From: Xylographa opegraphella
Lineage: Eukaryota
Assembly: GCA_022813865.1 (NCBI GenBank)
Contig: JALDZX010000024.1
Span: 1-64,000, forward strand
DNA length: 64,000 nucleotides
Direction of reading: 5' to 3'
The notes below the pieces were generated by a model. The model was given only the letters and a program-made list of their open reading frames with translations. It made no database searches and had not been told where the DNA came from. How positions within the stretch are numbered: the stretch's first letter is position 1; each line of letters opens with the position of its first letter. The position numbers and the translations under genes were made by a program. This document shows positions 1 through 12,076 of this stretch, in pieces.

Positions 1-61
<61 letters not shown>
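1..61. repeat. Poly-G homopolymer at the window edge (possibly a sequencing/assembly artefact)
   Basis: 61 consecutive G at positions 1-61. Confidence 0.9.
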
Positions 62-62
<1 letters not shown>

Positions 63-498
63 GGAAGGGATGAGGGGTTTTTGTGGAGGATTCTTACACG
101 AAGGAGGAGGGCGATTTCGAGACATAGTTCTATATACCCTTTAATCACGGCCCTGGAAATCGTTGGCGAGATCGGGGAAAATTTAATCGTTTTTGCAGTC
201 GCTTGTCTGCCTGCTGCGCGTGAGTGAGGGCGCGCTTGGCAGGCAGGTTTCCATGTCTCTGGCGAGAAAAATCCAAACTTGTGAAAATGTCGTTGCGCGG
301 AGGATGCACGCCCGACAGAGGGGAGGAACAAGCAGCGCAACGACCAACAAAAAAAATCCCTCGCTCCCAGAGTCGTCAATTGGGACTCTTAGCTGTAAAC
401 GCCCCGCCCCGGTTATTCGCCAATTCCACACCAAAGCCCCTCCCTCCGCGCACCCTGTCCAGCCACACCGCTAAACCCCCCCCCTCCCCCCCCGGCCT

Positions 499-2532
499 TC
501 AAAGCCACAAATACCGTCTACACCCGACCGCACCACACAAACACCTCGTCGCCTCCCTCTCCCGCTCCCTCTCCAAGCGCCCAACATTGCCCTCCGTGAC
601 CGGCACCTCCTCCTCCCCCCCTTCCTCCTCCTCCTCCTCGTCCCGATCCACGTAATCGAACGTCAGCTCCGTCCACGCGGGAATGTCCTCCAAGGCGAAA
701 AACGCCAGCGCGTACACCTTGGTGTCGCCGCGGACGTTCGAGACCGTGAACTGGCGGCAGTTGGGCGCGCAGCTGTGGTTGAGGAAGCGCGTCGGGTTGC
801 CCATGAACTGGCCGTCGACGACGTAGAGGTCCTTGTCGGCCAGGAAGCCCGCCTCGCCGTCCACGCCGCGGAACTTGTCGAGCGAGTAGAGGTACGAGTC
901 TTTGCCTTTGGAGAGGGACTCGCGGAGGGTGGCGTCGGCGTCCGTGAGGACTTCGCCGAGGTAGGTGTCGATGAATTGTCCTTTACGGATGGGGCAGGGG
1001 GAGCGGAGGCCTGTGGAGGTTTTAGAGGACTGCTGATTCTGGGGAGGGATGGTGAGGGGGAAAAAGCTTACCCCAGCCACGGTTGCGCGTCTTGAAGATG
1101 TCTAGCGGTATCTGACGACCTTTCTGTACCACGCGGCTCTTGCAGTTGTCATTGCAAGAGCAGAGCTCGTTGCACTCGTAAATGGCGTTGCGCGTTTTCA
1201 GGTATTTGTATCGCAGAAGGCCTGTCTTCGGACCCGATCCGTAGTATGCGAACCCGTCGGATTTCCCGTTCTCTCCGATGGCGGTGTCCTCCAAGCACTC
1301 GCAACTCAGAGCGGAGCAGCCCGCTTCGCGACTGTCCTGATAGCAGGTACAGCCGGAGCGGAACTCCTTGTCCACGCGCTTGGTGCCAGGGCCGAAGACA
1401 TACTGATCTATGAATTGGAAGTTTGTCGGTGGAGTGGAGTCGTCGATGTTATTGAAGAGGGTGACAGGGGGGCTAGGAATCTCGGCGAGGCGCTGTGCGT
1501 ACTTGATTTGGGCCGCCGGGGTCTTTCGAGGAATAACAACTTGTACGGGAGACAGTGGTGCGTTGAGACCTAAGAAGCTGTATAAACGATCATATATATA
1601 CGGTGATGATTGCGCCAGAAGCGAAGTGACAAGGAAAAGTGTTTGTACCTTCTTCGGATGTCGATCGGGAAGCGCGACTGGTCTTGCGCTGTTTAGTCGG
1701 CCGTTCGAATGTGTCATGTTCGTCGTCGGAAACTGTGAGGTCGATTGACACGCGTGATTCCTGGGAAAACGATTCTGAAGATGGACTGGAGGCCGCCGTG
1801 TATCCGTTTCTACGGGTAGGCAACGTGGTGCTGGGTTTGGGTCTGCAAAGGGTAAAGTTAGCTGCAAGCCCGCTAAGCGTCTAGCGACTCCGCGGCTGGA
1901 TGGTGCTTGTGCAGGGGGGGCCAAGCACGAAACTTAGTGGGCTCGAACCATCACAAAACATTATGCTGCTGTGGCGTGATCCATCTTGAAAAGCCACATA
2001 TGTATGACCGAATTTATATTTTGGATGTTGATTGCCTCCCCAATCATATCTTGGGCGTGTAAAGGTAAAGGTGGATTCATACCTGACAGGAATGAAAGTA
2101 AATGTCTTCGATTGAGCGTTGCCAACTATACGGTAGCATTAAATTTAGTTCATCGAATATTGATAATATGCTGTCATAAGTTGCTATGCTTACCTTGTAC
2201 TGCTGAAGCCACATCCTTATGCTTACGTTTCTTCGCCAATTCGATTAGCTTTACGTAGTTCACATAACAGCGGGCTTTGCGGTGTTGACGCGTACCGTCT
2301 GCTGACTCAATAGTCGAACCTGTTCCCTAAAAGTCTTGGTTGTAATTAGCAGAGGTGCGATGCCGATTTTGATATTGATCTTTTTCCGTATAAACAATGA
2401 GAAAGCAACTTGGCAAATCGAAGCGTAGTTGAGTAAGAATTGTGCCTCACAATTCAACCCGAGCCCCATCATTATAAATTAATGTATAAAAACACTCAAG
2501 GGTAAAGTACTTACTTTGATATTGTCGGCCAT
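499..2532 (-). CDS. dim-5: Histone H3K9 methyltransferase (DIM-5/Clr4/ClrD family), 7-exon model
   Basis: Cys-rich pre-SET (SGCTC..C..C.C; IYECNELCSC), SET motifs (KTRNRGWG, FIDTYLGE, RFLNHSCAPN, ELTFDY) and post-SET CLCGAVGCRRYLW. Proposed exons 2515-2532, 2296-2334, 2194-2230, 2083-2125, 1649-1842, 1072-1569, 499-1010; all introns GT-AG and frame-consistent. The four 5' exons are less certain. Confidence 0.92.
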
Positions 2533-3463
2533 TTTGGAGTACGTAAAATAAACTTCGTGATTTGTTATACAATAACAATTTAACAAACTCAATTTTCCTG
2601 GTTCAGAGTTCTCGTGGTTGAGTTTCGAGGTAATATTTAATCGTTGAAGTTCAGCTAAAATTGCCGTAACGTATTAACGTTATTGGATTTAGCGTATAAT
2701 TCAGCTTGAAAGTTTATTTGCTATTTGAATTTTGTGCGATATTTTCGTATGTAATACGTCTGTTAGAAATAGAGTCCCGGCCTGCCTGCAGGATAGCGAG
2801 AGCTCGGGCCGCCGTAGGCCCGGTGACGCTAGTGCGCGAGCATATAGTCTCGTAGTTGTTCATAGCTAATACAACACACTTGTTTACCCATATATTCTGC
2901 TAGAATGACCACTGCGCTTCAGTACCCATCGTACCTTTTAACAACGTCGAAGGTAACAGAGAAATTTTTGGAAAAAAAATAAAGACAGTTAGTATAGTAA
3001 ACTGTAACTTACGTTCAAGTTGATACCGATTAATACTTGATTTTAAACCTTGCTGAGGTTTCATTGAAGCATGGGAGATTTTCATCGACTCCTTTCATTA
3101 TAAACTAATGATTAAGGCAAAAAACCATGTACTACCGTAAAAACACGTCACACGTCGAGTCTTTCAAATTACATTGGCCTCCAGTTTACAGTCAGCGTAA
3201 ATAACATAGTCACATCATTCAACAAAGAAACCCTTGGCACCTTCATTTACATGTACCCCACTTTGATCATACAATCTGATATCCCTATACCCATATCTGA
3301 TTCTTTTACAGGCTGCGAGCAACTGTAGAGTCCGTGCACCAGACGCTAAACAGAATTTATTCCGACATCAATCCGCTAAGTTCCGAACGCCGCCCGCCTA
3401 TTTATCTCTTTTGGGACATCGTGAAGAAATTGTTGCATCAGCACCAGCCTTGGGAACACCATT

Positions 3464-4581
3464 ATGGCGACAGACGTGCAGCAGACACCTTTTGTGAAGC
3501 AGTTGGCTTCGAGTGGTACGTTTCGTGTCTTCGCTTTGGATGTCATGGGTGCAGTTGAATACAATGTTCCCAGTCTAGGATGAGTTCAGTTGGTTTGTGT
3601 TGGTTTGTCTTAGTTGAATCTTTGCGGTTAACTTTGAGGATTTCGCGTTATTGCAAGCTCTGTTGTCCGTTTCGATGAAAGATTTCTGCCAGAAATAGTA
3701 CCACTATTCCGCCGATGGTATGCTCTTGACCAGCTTTTCGTGCCAAGACTTACCCGGAACGCGATGGCACTTGCCCTTTCTGGACAGCTGCTTCCCGTCT
3801 CTGCTAGACAGTCTACGCGGACTAGGAGACGTTCATTGATATATTCTCCACCGGAGACTATTCAAGAACATCAACGCTGATACTCACTCTAATAGACCGG
3901 CCCACACGCGAAAAAGCTCTCGATTCTCTCCGGACCTACCTCACCTCCTCCCGCACCTTCACCGACCTCGAGATCCTCAAGCTATGGAAAGGCCTCTTCT
4001 TCTGCATGTGGCACTCCGACCGGCCCATCCCTCAACAGCGTCTCGCCCTCGCCCTCTCTCAGCTGCTCCTCCCGCTTCCCATATCCCTGTTCATCCCCTT
4101 CCTCCGCGCTTTCTGGACGACCATGTCCCGAGAATGGACTTCGATCGACGCGTTACGAATGGATAAGTTCATGCGTCTGGTACGATACTACGTCGACGCT
4201 GCGTTCACCTATCTTTCCAATCATTCGTGGGACGTGGATCTGTTGGAGGCGTATTTGGATCTGGTGGAAGCGATCCCGCTATCGCCGACGAACCTGAAGG
4301 TCGGGGATGGGTTGAGGTATCATGTGCTAGATGTTTGGGTGGAAGAGCTATCTCAGGTAGATGCGAAGAGAGAGGGGCAGTGTCCTGTTGAGGAACTCAT
4401 GCGGCCGGTCAGGGCGTTGGAGAGGAATGGTAGGACGAAGATGGTCAGGGAGAGGGCGAGAGATTGCTTGGCGGACGATAGGCTCAAGGACTGGAGAAAT
4501 AGCGTGGGTCAAGGTGATGCGGTTGACGATCCTAATGACGATAGCGAAGGGGAAGATGAGTGGGACGGATTAGACGAGTAA
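3464..4581 (+). CDS. RRP1: rRNA processing protein Rrp1/Nop52
   Basis: Exon 1 3464-3515 (MATDVQQTPFVKQLASS), intron 3516-3895, exon 2 DRPTREKAL..LKLWKGLFFCMWHSDRP..QQRLA..REWTSIDALRMDKF; acidic tail. Confidence 0.93.
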
Positions 4582-4822
4582 TGCGAGTACGAATGCTCAT
4601 CCCGTGCACATTCGATGACTAAATTCCAGGATTGAATATGGCCCGAGCGTTCCAGCATCCAAGCTTACTTAACAGTAGAACCGGTGTCTTACACTCCCAA
4701 ACACATCGGATTTTGTCAGATACCAAAGTCGGAAAAATGACTTCCTCTATACAATATGATGGCGGCTGTCGGCGCCGCGGGTATCGAAAGACAAAATGAC
4801 GCCAAGTACACGATTGCTAAAT

Positions 4823-6490
4823 TCACTCGCCCAAGCCACTTGAAGAAATACCCTCGCCTTCGTACACGTGTCCATTTTTGGACAGTACCGTTCCTAACCC
4901 GTGGTGCACCTCAGCTTGAAATGGTGCGAATGGTACACGCTCTCCATCAATACTGATATATCCATCCTTTTGTCCTCGAGGGATGATGCGGTAACCCGTG
5001 ATCTTGCGATATAGCACTTCGGGCATGTCAAAGAATTTGCCGCTTTCGACAGACAACATTAGCTTGACGGCCTTTGAACGCCGAATATCACCGTCGATGG
5101 TCACAAGATCGAGGTACCCATCGTTGGGGAAAGCGGCAGAGAAAAAGGGGCTATCCGGTGCCATGTACTTCATGTTGCCCGCATAGAAATTGCCGAGATT
5201 TTCGTACGGCACAAGGTTCCAACCTATGGGTAGATCATCGGCAATGGTCCCGTATTTGAGAGCTGGTAGTCCCTCGCTCTCTGGTGACCTTGATGGTTTG
5301 GATTGCTCCGGAACCCGCCGGCGCTCCTCCATCGACAGACGAGAATGATACTGCGTATGACAATGCTGCTTGATTTCAGCCTTGGTTCCAATCTCGACCT
5401 TGACAGCGAGATCACAAGGATATATCGTCTTCCTCAATAACCTGACAAGGAAGCCATAAGTGAACCTTGCACTCCCGAGCCAGCGAAGATTCTCTGTTCC
5501 AAGATCACTCTCAGCCACAATACCTAGCGACTGCGAGAGGAACGATAGGGTCCGCCTCTCTCCTTGAGTAATGGAAACCAGGTCCAATGGCGTTCGGATA
5601 CCTTTCACAATACATAAAGCAGCCATGCTGTTACTATCTGTGCCATTTAAACTCCAGCTCATGGCATTCCCCGATCCGCAAGGTAGCTGGACGACTGCAA
5701 TATCCGAGAGTGCTCGCTGTGCGTCTCTTTTTTTACCCAACCCGTTGAAAACTTCATGGGGCAGCCCATCACCAGAACATGAGGCTATTACATCGTAAGC
5801 ATCAGTGTCCAGTTTTTCAGCAATCTCCACTGCATGGCCTTGGAACTGTGTTCGCTCCACGTCGACTGCACACCGAGCAGCAGTGAAGATTGGCTCAATG
5901 TCTCTAGTGTACCATTTTTGAGCGCTACCTTTACCTCCGTAGGGGTTTATTAAGACCTTGATACGCTTGTTCCGTTGCGATTCACCATAAGCTCGGTCAA
6001 GAAGTTTTGAAACCCAAGTGGTAACCCGCGTCCGCTCCGGTTTCTCCACCAGGTACTGGATCACGGCGACTCTGACGACATCCTTCGACACAAGCTGGGC
6101 ATAATGAATAACGATATCGAATTCCGAGAGCTCTGCCCAAAGAATGTTAAAGAAGGGGATAGCCTTCGTTGTCTTAGATTCTGCGATGGGTCAGCTTGGG
6201 AGGCTCAGCGGAGCAGAAAGATTAGATAGCGTAAAGACTCACTGTTTGGAATCAGACCACAGCAGTTGATAGGCTCCTTTCGCGTGAAACCCTCATCTAG
6301 GTTGATTTAGTATTTTTGTCAACAAATGTATGCGTTAAACTGTACCCAGTACGATGAGCGAGTCGGTGCCTAAAGTGAGAGAGGCGTTTCGGCCAACGGA
6401 GAGGGTCGAATCTTGCACGAAATTGTGCTCATCATCGTGGAGCGTAGGATCCGCAAAGGGATTTGAATTTATTGCGTCGCCAGTACTCAT
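4823..6490 (-). CDS. LCB4: Sphingoid long-chain base kinase (Lcb4/Lcb5, DAGK-like)
   Basis: INPYGGKG, SGDGLPHEVFNGL, LPCGSGNAM and SIDGE motifs; ATG 6490; introns 6297-6345 and 6181-6242. Confidence 0.92.
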
Positions 6491-6803
6491 GATAGAATAC
6501 TTCACAAAACATGCTGATTCTGGAAAGAAACCGATGAGCTTCGGAATGGAATTGTTTGTTCCTCTAAACAGCGGCAGTCATCCGCCGCTACAATAGCTGA
6601 CCTCGCTCCTCGGCACCTAGTCTTGCCGGCCGACAAGTTGGAGCATTAGCGAGGTCCACGAATAGCTCTTGCTAAGCGACCCGCCAGGGCTTGTGTCGGT
6701 TTTTTGTGATTGGCACGAAAAATTATTAGATGGATTCATTCTGCGTCTTCCGCATGAATTCTCTCTAGCCTGCCTGGCTGCGAATAGCTTTGGCCAAGGC
6801 TAC

Positions 6804-9800
6804 ATGGAGTTCCCAGATTTGAACGCTGACGCGCTCTCTTCTTTGACAAAGAAGATCCAGACGAACCTCAAGAAGCCTGCCAATAAAACTGTGCGAGCCA
6901 ATGCCAATGGGAAGCATAAAGTGGATCCTGTTGAAAGCTCAAAGACCGCCAATGGCAATGATAGAATTCAAGCAGGCAAGAAGAGGCTCCGCGATGGCCA
7001 AGTCAACATCCCAGCATCTACTGTGAAGGATGTCGGCTTTGAGAAGAAGCCCGAGAGGCAGATGAATGGCAGCTTGAAGAGGCAAAACGGAACTACAAAT
7101 AAGACAAATAAGACAACTACTGTCTCCAGGGAAGGCCTCCATAATCGATTGGTGGTTGGTAAGAGCCGGCCGAAAGCCGGAAATACGCAGGCTGAACATG
7201 CGTTACCTTCGAACCCCGAATGGGGAGAGTCTAAAGTGACACAAAAAGATCCTCCAGAGGACATGAGGAGTACCTCAAGATTAGAAGATGAGGTCCTACT
7301 TCTTGGAGGTACACAGGACGATATTGACCTAATTGAAAACCTCGGATCAGACTCAGAAGTGGAGGGTCCTGATACTAGCACTTTTGATCCCAAGGTTTTG
7401 AAAAGTCTGCAGCGGCTTGTCAAAGAGGTTGAAGTACATAAAGTTAAGGGTAGCGACAGCGATGTCAGCTCTGAGGATGAGGTTGCGGTGGAACAGCAGA
7501 AAGCGCAGGGTAACATAGCTACAATGCCCTCGGCCAGTTTAGCTAAGAACCCAGCATTGAAGCCGAAACAAATGACCGGTTCAAGAAATTCCAAGCTTGT
7601 GTTTGTACCTCGAGCGGAATGGCACACTGCTGATCTTCCTCCACTGCCAGTTACAACTAAGTCGTCAATCTCAGTAACGAAGGAGACTATTGATCGTGTA
7701 CAGAAATATGCCAGACAGCTCTTAGACCAAGACAATGAAGATTATGGTGTGCAGAACAAGTTTTCCTCATCTGCACACCAATTCTATTCTACAATCATGA
7801 CAGCAGGCACACTGTCGGATAAGATTTCAGCATTGACACTATCTGTCCAGGAGTCACCCGTCCATAATATGAAGGCACTGGATGCTCTTATTGCTCTTGC
7901 CAAAAAGCGAAGTCGAGGACAGGCCGTGGAGGTACTAGGAGCATTGAAGGACCTACTTGGTCCTGGATCACTGTTACCTTCAGATCGGAAGCTCAAAGCC
8001 TTTGCCACACAGCCTGGTCTCCTATCAATTTTTGGGAAAGCGCACAAAAACTGGACCACCAGCGACCCGTTGCCAGCTCCATTGCAAGAAATCCACCTTG
8101 TGTCCTGGGCTTATGAGGATTGGCTCAAGACAGCTTATTTTGAGATTTTGAAAATAATCGAATCCTGGTGTAATGACGAGATTGTATTTGCTAGAGGCAA
8201 AGCAGTTGACCAGATTTACGAATTACTTCGTGACAAGCCAGAGCAAGAAGCAAACCTTTTGCGTCTTTTAGTGAACAAGCTTGGCGACTCGGATAAGAAG
8301 ATATCCTCTAAGACTTCTTACAACATTATTCAGCTTGAAACATCGCATCCCTTCATGAAGTCTACCATTATCAATTCGATTGAATCAGACCTTCTCTTTC
8401 GCCCCGGTCAAAGCATGCATGCAAAGTACTATGCAGTAATCACTCTGAATCAAACGGTTCTCAGTGCAAAGGAGGAAGAGGTGGCGAAGAAGTTATTAGA
8501 GATTTACTTTGCCCTGTTCCTGTCCTTACTGGCCAAGCCCGAGCCTAAAAAATCGACAGTGCCATCAGCAGACGTTGTAACGTTGAACAAGAAAGGTGAA
8601 CGACAAGGTGGTGGTGGAGCACCCGGGAAAAGAGCTCAACAGAAGCTGATCGCCGGATCCAAACCCCTAGCCGTAGACGAAGAATATCGCGAGAAGATGG
8701 TTTCTGCTGTTCTGACTGGTGTAAATCGAGCGATGCCATATGCAAATACCGATGATGAATCGTTTGATAAGCATATAGACACGCTTTTCCGGGTCACACA
8801 CTCTTCCAATTTCAACACCAGCATCCAAGCTCTCATGCTCATACAACAACTATGTGGATCACACCAAGCGGCATCGGACAGATTCTATCGGACACTCTAT
8901 GAGTCGCTCTTAGATCCACGACTTCTTTCAAGCTCAAAGCAGGCAATGTACCTTAATTTGTTGTTTAAAGCATTGCGGGCAGACCTTAAAGTGAAACGAG
9001 TAGAGGCATTCGCAAAGCGCTTGCTTCAGGTCGTGGCAATGCATCAACCACCATTCGCATGTGCGGTTATTTACTTATTGCGCGAGCTGGAAGCGGCCTT
9101 CCCTAATCTGCAAAGCTTCCTTGATCAGCCAGAGGAGGAAGATAGTGAAGATGAGGAGAATTTCCGTGATGTGGACAAGCTCAATGAAGCCGATCAGCCT
9201 GCGCGAGCCCTCGCAATCCAAATACAGAAGAAACAGGAATCTAAAGTCTATGATGGAAGGAAGAGAGAGCCGGAATACAGTAATGCCGAGAAGAGCTGCC
9301 TTTGGGAAATTGTAAGCTCGTCTACCATTGATATTGCCACTAAATCGATGTTAATTCATTATTGTTAGGATCCATTCCTTCTGCACTATCATCCATCAGT
9401 CGCCCTCTTTGCATCCAAACTCCTCACACATGAAGTAATGCCAGCAAAGCCTGACCTCTCTATGCACACCCTCATTCATTTCCTTGATCGGTTTGTATAC
9501 CGGAATCCTAAAAAAGCAGCAAGCGGACCACGTGGGGTTTCGATCATGCAGCCTCTTGCTGGGGGAGATACAAGTGGTCTTCTTGTATCTGCCCAGAGCA
9601 AGACTCGCGCCAGACAGCCCGTCAACACGGAAGCCTTCTGGAAGATGGAAGCCGGTAAAGTCGATGCTGATGAAGTGTTCTTCCATAAGTATTTCGGCAC
9701 TCTTGGTAAAGGAAAATTATCCGCGAAAAATAAGAAAGCCGAGAAGAAACGGGACGCTGATGAGGAGAGCGGGGGCGAGGAAAATGAGGATGAGATATGG

Positions 9801-10214
9801 GAGGCGCTGGTCAGCTCACGGCCTGAGATTGAAGGAAGCGAACCGAGTGATGACGATCTTGAAATGGAAGACCTTGATTCAGAATTTGGAAGCGATAGTG
9901 GGAACGGACTCGAGGAACCAGATTTGGTACCAGAAGAGGACGTTGGCATGAGTGAGGATGATGGAGAGGAAGGTCCAGATTTCGATGACGACGACGCGTT
10001 ACTGGATAGCGATGACGAGGTTCCAGATGATCTGAGCAAGGCATTCGAAAGCGAGGTACAATTCGCCAAAGAGAAAGCTGCAGTGACTGCGGATGGAGAG
10101 AAGACGGGGAAGAAACGCCGAAGGTTTAAGAATCTTCCGACTTTTGCCTCTGTGGAGGATTACGCAGCGATGCTTGAGGATGATGATGATGATGGTCGAG
10201 AAGAGGAAAAATAG
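6804..10214 (+). CDS. MAK21: Ribosome biogenesis protein Mak21/Noc1 (CBF/Mak21 domain)
   Basis: GTLSDKISAL, KPEQEANLLRLLVNKLGD, YDGRKREP, HTLIHFLDRFVYRNPK, LPTFAS motifs and acidic C-terminus; intron 9312-9368 joins the two long ORFs. Confidence 0.95.
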
Positions 10215-12076
10215 GTGCAATAACCTAGCTCGCCGCGTATATTAGGCTTGGCTCAACCAAGCATGTGGTCGCTCGCAAATCATCTCAAAATCTGTGCATC
10301 GGTTTCTCCATGCTGATCTCTACCGAGCATCACTTATATGACAGTCACAAACACGCCTTAAAGTCTCGAACGGCATCATTATGTCCAGCTGACTCCGCGG
10401 TCCAGCTTGGCATCACAGAATCTCCTTCTCCGGCAAGATCTCCTCCTCACACCGATGGTATACTAGTCACACGCACGATCCACTGCTCTCACCGCCTCTG
10501 CCAAAATTCTCATAAGCTTGACCGTCTCTTCAGGCATTCCAGGGTCTCTGTTTCACCGTCTCATGCACAAATCGTTCCATTGCAGGACTGTAGTCGGGTT
10601 GACGGGGTTGCTAATTACTGCGACCCGCACAGCCATTGGTCGCGCCCCATGTTGGTGGGCTCCGGTATCATTTAGTCCATCGGGTACCATCAGCAGTTTG
10701 CCTTGTCAAGGATGTTTACCTTGCTGCCTTGTTCTTGCATATCCGTAGATTGCCAACTACCCGATGTTTATGTTGAAGTCAGTCATGTCACTCAACCGAT
10801 AGTGTAGCGCAGGACTGTTCTCGAGACTGCTCACTCTCTTACATTCTTTTGCCATTTGCGAGCATCATATATGTATAATTCAAGGAATGGGCCAATCGTT
10901 ATCGGCGACAGCACGAATTATGGACCAGCAACCACTTTTTTGGAGATCATGTTCCCCGTTCCGAGGAGACATGGTATTGAAGCACTGGAGACGATAAAAT
11001 GGCAACTTTCTTCCCACAATGGGAACCACAGTAGATGAGCATGCCTTGAACGCGCAGCATCTCAATCTGATTCTCCCAAGGAGGCCATACTATCCATCAC
11101 CCGGTCTTTCTCTGGTTCGATAAATGATGTAGGCCATGCTACCAGGGACAGTCAGTACACAGGGCTATTCTATATTTCTACTGTCCTTACGCGGCGAGCC
11201 TGGGGCCTCTACGCATGGTAGCAAGGGGCGATACTCTACAGATGTTGTATACGGCCGCGTTCTTTGGCATGTTGCTGTGTAACTCGGCTACAACGACCAC
11301 TTCTCCACGGCTGGGCATCACGTTCCTGACCGAGTTCACACGCGAGAGGTATGATCATGCTTCATCAAGGAACTAGTGCATGCTACTACACGCTCGAAAC
11401 GTCTCTGCCAGTGAAGCTTGCAATGAAAGCCCAAAGCCTTAAGATCTAGCCACCTCATTCCCTAACGCCTTAGGGAATTGCGGCCACACAGACACTAGGA
11501 TGGTAACTAATAGAACCTATTCCACTAGTGAGACTCCATTGCTTCAGCATCGATTCGTCGGGTTTGAGAGACGCCTTGCAGTCTCGGCGTTCCGTTGGCT
11601 TCGACTTGTGAGGAGACGAAGTAGCTTTTGTGGTTGGGCTGTGTCGGGAGGCACTGAAACAATCATATGATTATATGCTGGTGCTTACCTGCTTCTGTCT
11701 CTCTGGCAACTGTTGGAAGCAGTTCCTATTCCGTCGTATCTCCCTCCGGCCCTCCGGCTCGTACAGCTAGCGAAACTCGGAGTTGCAGTGCAAGGGGCCC
11801 AGCCATCCGGGTGATGTTAAGTGTATGTGACACGTACGAACGTTTTGTTGCCCAGGTCGTTGAGACATATTGGGGAATCTCGCTTGCAGGAAAGAACTTG
11901 TTGAAGTGTGCAAACATCTACGCTTAACTGAAGGGTGTATAACCTACCTATCGTTCGCTGGATTAGAGTGCCGCTTATGATAAACTCCACGATCGTCGTG
12001 TATCAACGTGTGACAAAGCCCTCTGGGTTCGTACTAAGTCACGAGCACTTTGAAGCTCAGAGATATCCTGAGGCTT

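Noticed and set aside
1..61. Poly-G as a telomere or functional G-quadruplex
   Set aside because: Not TTAGGG-like; pure G runs at sequence edges are a common artefact, although this genome does have natural G/C runs.
2770..2860. GC-rich hairpin (cgggcc..ggcccg) between dim-5 and RRP1 as an ncRNA or tRNA
   Set aside because: Only a short stem; no cloverleaf or A/B boxes; more likely promoter sequence.
6530..6730. PAC-like GATGAG and RRPE-like GAAAAATT upstream of MAK21
   Set aside because: Short, imperfect matches that cannot be distinguished from chance without conservation data.
6939..10220. Long antisense ORFs over MAK21 (and similar ones over other genes)
   Set aside because: Shadow ORFs produced by codon bias of the sense gene.
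10265..12000. Short ORFs downstream of MAK21
   Set aside because: No recognisable domain or consistent splice model; possibly decayed sequence.
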